Assembly (NCBI GenBank): GCA_964474985.1
Contig: CAYYUW010000040.1
Location: forward strand, 5,383-69,382
Direction: 5' to 3'
Source: an uncultured Alistipes sp.
Lineage (GTDB): Bacteria; Bacteroidota; Bacteroidia; Bacteroidales; Rikenellaceae
DNA length: 64,000 nt
The notes under the pieces were generated by a model. The model worked only from the letters and a program-made list of their open reading frames with translations. It ran no database searches and had not been told where the DNA came from. Position numbers and translations under genes: made by a program. Of this stretch, positions 59,161 through 64,000 are shown piece after piece (the first letter of the stretch is position 1; every line of letters starts with the position of its first letter).

Positions 59161-60267
59161 ATGGCTACCATAGACGACATAGCTCTGACGCTGCACCCGA
59201 AGTTGGGTAAACGCGGCGCGGTTCATCTGCTCAGCGAGTTCGGCACGGCCGAAGCCGTGTATGCCGCATCGGCGGACGAGCTGGTCGGCCGCGCCGAGCT
59301 GCGGGAGGATATCGCTCGCAGCATAGTGGCGCATGTCTCCCACCGGCAGGCCGAGAAGGAGCTGAAATACTGCCGGCACAACGGCATCGACATAATGGCA
59401 TCGACCGACGACGATTACCCCGAGGCGATGCGCGATGCTTCGGACTATCCTCATGTATTATATATAATAGGTAACAGGGAGGCGCTGCGCGGCCCGATGC
59501 TCACGATGGTCGGCACGCGGCGCATTTCGCAGTACGGCGTGACGATGTGCGAAAGGTTGGTTGCGGGGCTTGCCGAGCGGCTGCCGTCGCTGGTAATAGT
59601 GAGCGGTCTGGCGTTCGGCGTCGATGTAAACTGTCACCGTGCGGCCGTGCGCCACGGGCTGCCGACGGTCGGAGTGGTGGCCAACGCCCTGCCCGATATC
59701 ACGCCTGCCCATCATAAGGCCTTCGCCCGCGATATGATGGAGAAGGGCGGCGCCGTGGTGAGCGAATTGCACTCGCAGACCAAGCAGAACGGCCGGCTGT
59801 ATATCGAACGCAACAGGATTATGGCTGCTATGAGCCGCGGTACGGTGGTGGTCGAGGCGCCTGTCAGGAGCGGATCGCTCAGCACGGTGTCGTTTGCCGA
59901 CAGCTACCAGCATACCGTTATGGCTGTGCCCGGGCGTGTCGGTGATGATAATTCCGAAGGGTGCAATGCGTTGATAGCCAACCGGCGGGCGCAGCTTATC
60001 ACCTCGGCCGACGATATCGTGCGGGAAATGATGTGGGATATTAACGAACCCTCCTGCCGCCCCGCGCGTGAGACTGCAGAGCAGCCTGAGGCTGAGGGCG
60101 ATGCCGCAAAGGTTCTCGAATGCTTCGGCGACGCCGCGGCGCTGTCGGAGGAGGAGCTTTTGGTAGCGTCCGGCTTCGATACGGGCCGGATAGCCGTTGC
60201 GCTGCTCGAATTGGAACTGCTCGGTGCCGTGCGTCGTGCACCGGGTAATATGTATGTGAAAATATGA
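59161..60267 (+). CDS. dprA: DNA-processing protein DprA
   Basis: VGTR, VSGLAFGVD, RNRIMA, VEAPVRSGSL, AVPGR, C-terminal winged helix. Confidence 0.93.
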   Translation: MATIDDIALTLHPKLGKRGAVHLLSEFGTAEAVYAASADELVGRAELREDIARSIVAHVSHRQAEKELKYCRHNGIDIMASTDDDYPEAMRDASDYPHVLYIIGNREALRGPMLTMVGTRRISQYGVTMCERLVAGLAERLPSLVIVSGLAFGVDVNCHRAAVRHGLPTVGVVANALPDITPAHHKAFARDMMEKGGAVVSELHSQTKQNGRLYIERNRIMAAMSRGTVVVEAPVRSGSLSTVSFADSYQHTVMAVPGRVGDDNSEGCNALIANRRAQLITSADDIVREMMWDINEPSCRPARETAEQPEAEGDAAKVLECFGDAAALSEEELLVASGFDTGRIAVALLELELLGAVRRAPGNMYVKI

Positions 60268-61085
60268 AAGATATGGTTGAATTTATAGATACCCACTCCC
60301 ACATTTACGAGCCTGAGTTCGACGATGACCGCGATGCTGTCGTCGGGCGGGCTGTTGCGGCCGGTGTCACTAAAATGATGCTGCCGGCGATCGATTCGCA
60401 GAGCCACCGGCGTATGTTCGACCTGTGCCGCGCCTATCCCGACAACTGTTTCCCGATGATGGGCCTGCATCCGACCTCGGTCAACGACCGTCCCGACTGG
60501 GAGGCGGAGCTTGCCGCTACGCAGCTGCTGCTGCGCCGCCCGCCCGAGGGCATTCGCTTTTATGCGGTGGGGGAGATAGGTCTCGACTACTATTGGACCC
60601 GCGATTTCGTTGCCGAGCAGACCGAGGCCTTCGTGCGGCAGTTGCGGCTGGCTGCGCAGCTGGATCTGCCCGTAGCGATACACACCCGTGCAGCTTGGGA
60701 GGATATGTGTGCGATTATGGAGCGCGAATGTGCCACTGCGCGCGCTGCCGGCCTGCGGCTGAGGGGCGTGTTTCACGCCTTTTCGGAGGATGCGGAGACA
60801 TACCGGCGGCTCAAGGCGTGCGGTGACTTTATGTTCGGCATCGGCGGCGTGGTGACTTTCAAAAAAAGCAAAGTGGCTGAAACAGTGCGCGAAATGGCGA
60901 TCGAAGATATGCTGCTCGAAACCGACTGCCCCTATCTGACCCCTGTGCCGTATCGCGGCCAGCGCAATGAAAGTGCATACATTCCGTTTATATGTACCCG
61001 CATTGCCGAACTCACCGGACTGGACGAGCAGACCGTGGCGCGCACCACTACGGCGGGAGCCGAGAGAATTTTCGGTCTCGGATAG
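60264..61085 (+). CDS. tatD: TatD family hydrolase
   Basis: IDTHSH, GLHP, VGEIGLDYY, IHTR, FHAFS, LETDCPYL. Confidence 0.94.
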   Translation: MKDMVEFIDTHSHIYEPEFDDDRDAVVGRAVAAGVTKMMLPAIDSQSHRRMFDLCRAYPDNCFPMMGLHPTSVNDRPDWEAELAATQLLLRRPPEGIRFYAVGEIGLDYYWTRDFVAEQTEAFVRQLRLAAQLDLPVAIHTRAAWEDMCAIMERECATARAAGLRLRGVFHAFSEDAETYRRLKACGDFMFGIGGVVTFKKSKVAETVREMAIEDMLLETDCPYLTPVPYRGQRNESAYIPFICTRIAELTGLDEQTVARTTTAGAERIFGLG

Positions 61086-61143
61086 TTGTTTTTTCGGGGA
61101 AAAGCCTTAACTTTGTTAAGCCTTTTGGCAAAGCGAGTGAATT

Positions 61144-62187
61144 ATGAGAGCTTCGATACTTATAATATATACGGGCGGAACGATCGGTATGCGTACCGAT
61201 GTGCGTACGGGTGTGCTCGTACCGTTCGATTTCAGCGGTATATACGACGAGTTCCCCGATATACGGCGGCTGAACGTGGATATCGAGGTGGTGACGATGC
61301 AGCCTATCATCGACTCGTCGAACATCACCCCCGAGCAGTGGTGCCGGCTGGCCGAACTGATCCGCGACAACTATGCGCGCTACGACGGATTCGTGGTGCT
61401 GCATGGTACCGATACGATGTCGTATACAGCTTCGGCACTGAGCTTTATGCTCGAGAATCTCTCCAAACCGGTGGTCTTTACGGGCAGTCAGATCCCTATC
61501 GATGTGCTGCGCACCGACGGACGCGAGAACCTGATAACCGCCATAGAGATTGCGGCGGCCAAGCGTGACGGCGAGGCGGTCGTGCCGGAGGTGAGCCTCT
61601 ATTTCCAGAACAGGCTGTTCCGCGCTAACCGTACTACCAAGTACAGCGCCGAGCGGCTCAACGCTTTCCGCTCGGACAACTATCCGCCGCTGGCCGAGGT
61701 GGGGGTGAACATACAGTATAATTATCCGTTCATCCATCGCAGCGTGCCTGCGGAGCATCTGCAGGTGAGCACTTCGCTCGATGCCGGAGTGGCTGTGGTG
61801 AAGATATTTCCCGGGATGAGCGAACACATATTTCGGGCGATGCTCGAAATAGAGGGCATAAGGGCGGTGGTGCTGGAGACCTACGGCGCCGGCAATGCGC
61901 CGACGGCCGAGTGGTTCACGGGCGCCCTGTCGGAGGTCATTGCGCGCGGCGTGGTGGTGATGAACGTCACGCAGTGTACGGGCGGCAGCGTGATGATGAA
62001 TCTGTACGAAACGGGTCGCCGCTTGGAGGAGGCCGGCGTGGTCTGCGGATTCGACTCCACAACCGAGGCCGCAGTGACAAAATTGATGTACCTGCTGGGC
62101 CGGAAATTGTCGCCCGCGGAGACGGCTGCAGCGCTGCGAAGATCGATAAAAGGAGAAATTACGACGCGAATCGTTGCACAGAATTAA
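61144..62187 (+). CDS. ansA: L-asparaginase type I
   Basis: YTGGTIGM, IDSS, HGTDTMSY, TGSQ, ETYGAGN. Confidence 0.94.
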   Translation: MRASILIIYTGGTIGMRTDVRTGVLVPFDFSGIYDEFPDIRRLNVDIEVVTMQPIIDSSNITPEQWCRLAELIRDNYARYDGFVVLHGTDTMSYTASALSFMLENLSKPVVFTGSQIPIDVLRTDGRENLITAIEIAAAKRDGEAVVPEVSLYFQNRLFRANRTTKYSAERLNAFRSDNYPPLAEVGVNIQYNYPFIHRSVPAEHLQVSTSLDAGVAVVKIFPGMSEHIFRAMLEIEGIRAVVLETYGAGNAPTAEWFTGALSEVIARGVVVMNVTQCTGGSVMMNLYETGRRLEEAGVVCGFDSTTEAAVTKLMYLLGRKLSPAETAAALRRSIKGEITTRIVAQN

Positions 62188-62312
62188 AATAATTGCTATA
62201 TTTCGCAAGTCTTTTATGCGTATTTCCCGTTTCGGAAACCGCACAGGGGATTGAAAATTGAAAATAAAAGTCTTGCTGTCAGGAGGTTACAAACGGGCAG
62301 CGGGGCGCAGTC

Positions 62313-62400
62313 GGAGAAATGACCGAGTGGCTTAAGGTGCACGCCTGGAAAGTGTGTATGCCTCAAAAGGGCATCGTGGGTTCGAATCCCGCTTTCTCCG
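62313..62400 (+). tRNA. tRNA-Ser (GGA)
   Basis: GGAGAAA acceptor stem, anticodon arm CACGC-CTGGAAA-GTGTG, long variable arm, GGTTCGAATCC. Confidence 0.95.
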
Positions 62401-62515
62401 CAAGAAAAAAATGTTAGACCGGCGAATAGCCTGTCGATTAAAGTGAAACTTAAAACAAAAAACAAAACACACAAAAAACAAAAAATTAATAATTTTTAAT
62501 CAATCAATTTTAACT

Positions 62516-63319
62516 ATGAAAAAACTTTTTTTGATTTTGTCAGTAGCAGGTATGCTCAGCCTTGGTACTGCTAACGTTTTTGCTCAGGAAGCAGAGGCTG
62601 CTAACGACGAAGCTGCAGCACCTGCAACGGAACAGGTTGAAGAGGCTGTCGCAACCGCTATCGATGCCGAGACCGAGATCGAAGGCCAGACGATGCACCA
62701 AGTTCTGAAACAGAAGTTCATCGAGGGTTCGTGGATGTGGATGTTGCTCCCCCTGCTCTGCTTGATCATCGGTCTGGCTGTAGCTATCGAGCGTATTCTT
62801 TACCTGACTTTCTCGGCTACCAATACCAAGAAGCTCATCAACAACGTTGAGGAGGCTCTGAACAACGGTGGCGTCGAGGCTGCCAAGGACGTTTGCCGCA
62901 ACACTCGCGGTCCCGTCGCTTCGATCTTCTATCAGGGTCTGGACCGTTACAATCAGGGTCTGGACGCAGTCGAGAAGGCTGTCGTATCGTACGGTTCGGT
63001 TCAGACCGGCCAGATGGAGAACGGCCTGAGCTGGATCGGCCTGTTCATCGCCCTCGCTCCTATGCTGGGATTTATGGGTACCGTCGTTGGTATGATCGAG
63101 GCATTCGACTCGATTCAGGCTGCAGGTGATATCTCGCCCGTGATGGTTGCCGGCGGTATCAAGGTCGCCCTGTTGACCACCCTGCTCGGTCTGATCGCCG
63201 CTTGTATCCTGCAGTTGTTCTACAACTACATCATCTCGAAGATCGACTCGCTCGTAGTAGATATGGAGGACAGCTCGATTACGCTGCTCGATATCCTGAC
63301 CGCTTACAACAAGAAATAA
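62516..63319 (+). CDS. exbB: MotA/TolQ/ExbB proton channel family protein
   Basis: LAPMLGFMGTVVGMI.AF, AGGIKVALLTT..GL. Confidence 0.92.
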   Translation: MKKLFLILSVAGMLSLGTANVFAQEAEAANDEAAAPATEQVEEAVATAIDAETEIEGQTMHQVLKQKFIEGSWMWMLLPLLCLIIGLAVAIERILYLTFSATNTKKLINNVEEALNNGGVEAAKDVCRNTRGPVASIFYQGLDRYNQGLDAVEKAVVSYGSVQTGQMENGLSWIGLFIALAPMLGFMGTVVGMIEAFDSIQAAGDISPVMVAGGIKVALLTTLLGLIAACILQLFYNYIISKIDSLVVDMEDSSITLLDILTAYNKK

Positions 63320-63336
63320 TTTAAGTCAATAGAACA

Positions 63337-63762
63337 ATGAAAAAAATACTCAATATCATATTGGGAGTTATGCTGGCCATTACCGTCGTATTGACCGCTA
63401 TGACTGCCTTTGGTGCCAAGGATGTCAGTGGTAATCCGGATGTTAATATGATCATCGTCTGGACTTACATACTGTTCGCTGCGGCTATCGTGGCAGCTGT
63501 CGGCGGTGCCGTGTTCGGTATGCTCCAGAACCCCAAGGGTGCGAAGAGTTCGTTGGTGTCTGTGGTCCTTTTGGCTGTCGTGATCGGCATCGCTTTCGCT
63601 ATGGCCGACGGTACGACTCCTATGACGCTCTCGGATAAGTCCGTAGTAGACGATCCGATGGTGCTCACCGTCAGCGACGTAAGTATCTTCGTTGCCTATA
63701 TCGCAATGGCTGTGGCCGTTGTGGCTGCTATCTTTGCCGAAATTAAAAGTGTTATTAAATAA
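63337..63762 (+). CDS. Membrane protein of the exbB-exbD operon
   Basis: Four hydrophobic segments; lies between exbB and exbD. Confidence 0.8.
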   Translation: MKKILNIILGVMLAITVVLTAMTAFGAKDVSGNPDVNMIIVWTYILFAAAIVAAVGGAVFGMLQNPKGAKSSLVSVVLLAVVIGIAFAMADGTTPMTLSDKSVVDDPMVLTVSDVSIFVAYIAMAVAVVAAIFAEIKSVIK

Positions 63763-63784
63763 AAACTTTTGAGGACAAGCAATT

Positions 63785-64000
63785 ATGGCAGGAAATAAAA
63801 GAAAAATACAGGAAATCAATGCCGGCTCTATGGCTGACATCTCTTTCTTGCTGTTGATCTTCTTCCTGGTTGCTACCACGATGAATACCGACTCCGGTCT
63901 GGCTCGTATGCTGCCCCCTATGCCCGATGAAAAAACTCAGGTGAAGGATCAGGATGTCAAGGAGCGTAACCTGATGAAGGTGTTCATCTCGCAGAACAAC
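63785..64000 (+). CDS. exbD: ExbD/TolR biopolymer transporter (3' end outside window)
   Basis: EINAGSMADISFLLLIFFLVATTM. Confidence 0.92.
   Translation, partial: MAGNKRKIQEINAGSMADISFLLLIFFLVATTMNTDSGLARMLPPMPDEKTQVKDQDVKERNLMKVFISQNN

Noticed and set aside
58894..62400. tRNA-Cys or tRNA-Ser as island attachment sites
   Set aside because: No duplicated tRNA 3' end noticed in the window and flanking genes are housekeeping

Overview
GC-rich chromosomal window from a Bacteroidota gut bacterium, probably Rikenellaceae/Alistipes-like. This is inferred from gene content, SusC/SusD, and TAnnTTTG -7 promoters. The backbone is housekeeping: nrdJ, folB, tyrS, dnaX, clpB, efp, meaB, menA, hpf, xerC, dprA, tatD, ansA, exbB/exbD, tRNA-Cys and tRNA-Ser. 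It also holds a complete ~19 kb beta-mannan utilisation locus (AraC, GH5, CE7, SusC/D, two SGBPs, two GH26, GH130, transporter, epimerase). The more unusual signals are mostly non-coding: (1) a ~270-nt leader with the architecture of a phage C4/CI-type antisense switch, in front of an orphan degenerate YpsA/SLOG-like gene beside efp; (2) a candidate ~130-nt sigma54-driven sRNA with its own terminator and a segment complementary to Bacteroidota translation starts; (3) a modular palindromic repeat family in four intergenic clusters, all oriented alike and linked to a fixed TTGCYCTCGC-N7-TAnnTTTG promoter motif; (4) an A10-TGA slippage site in dnaX; (5) an IS-less nim + SMR gene pair. All calls are by eye from sequence and ORF translations; no searches were run.
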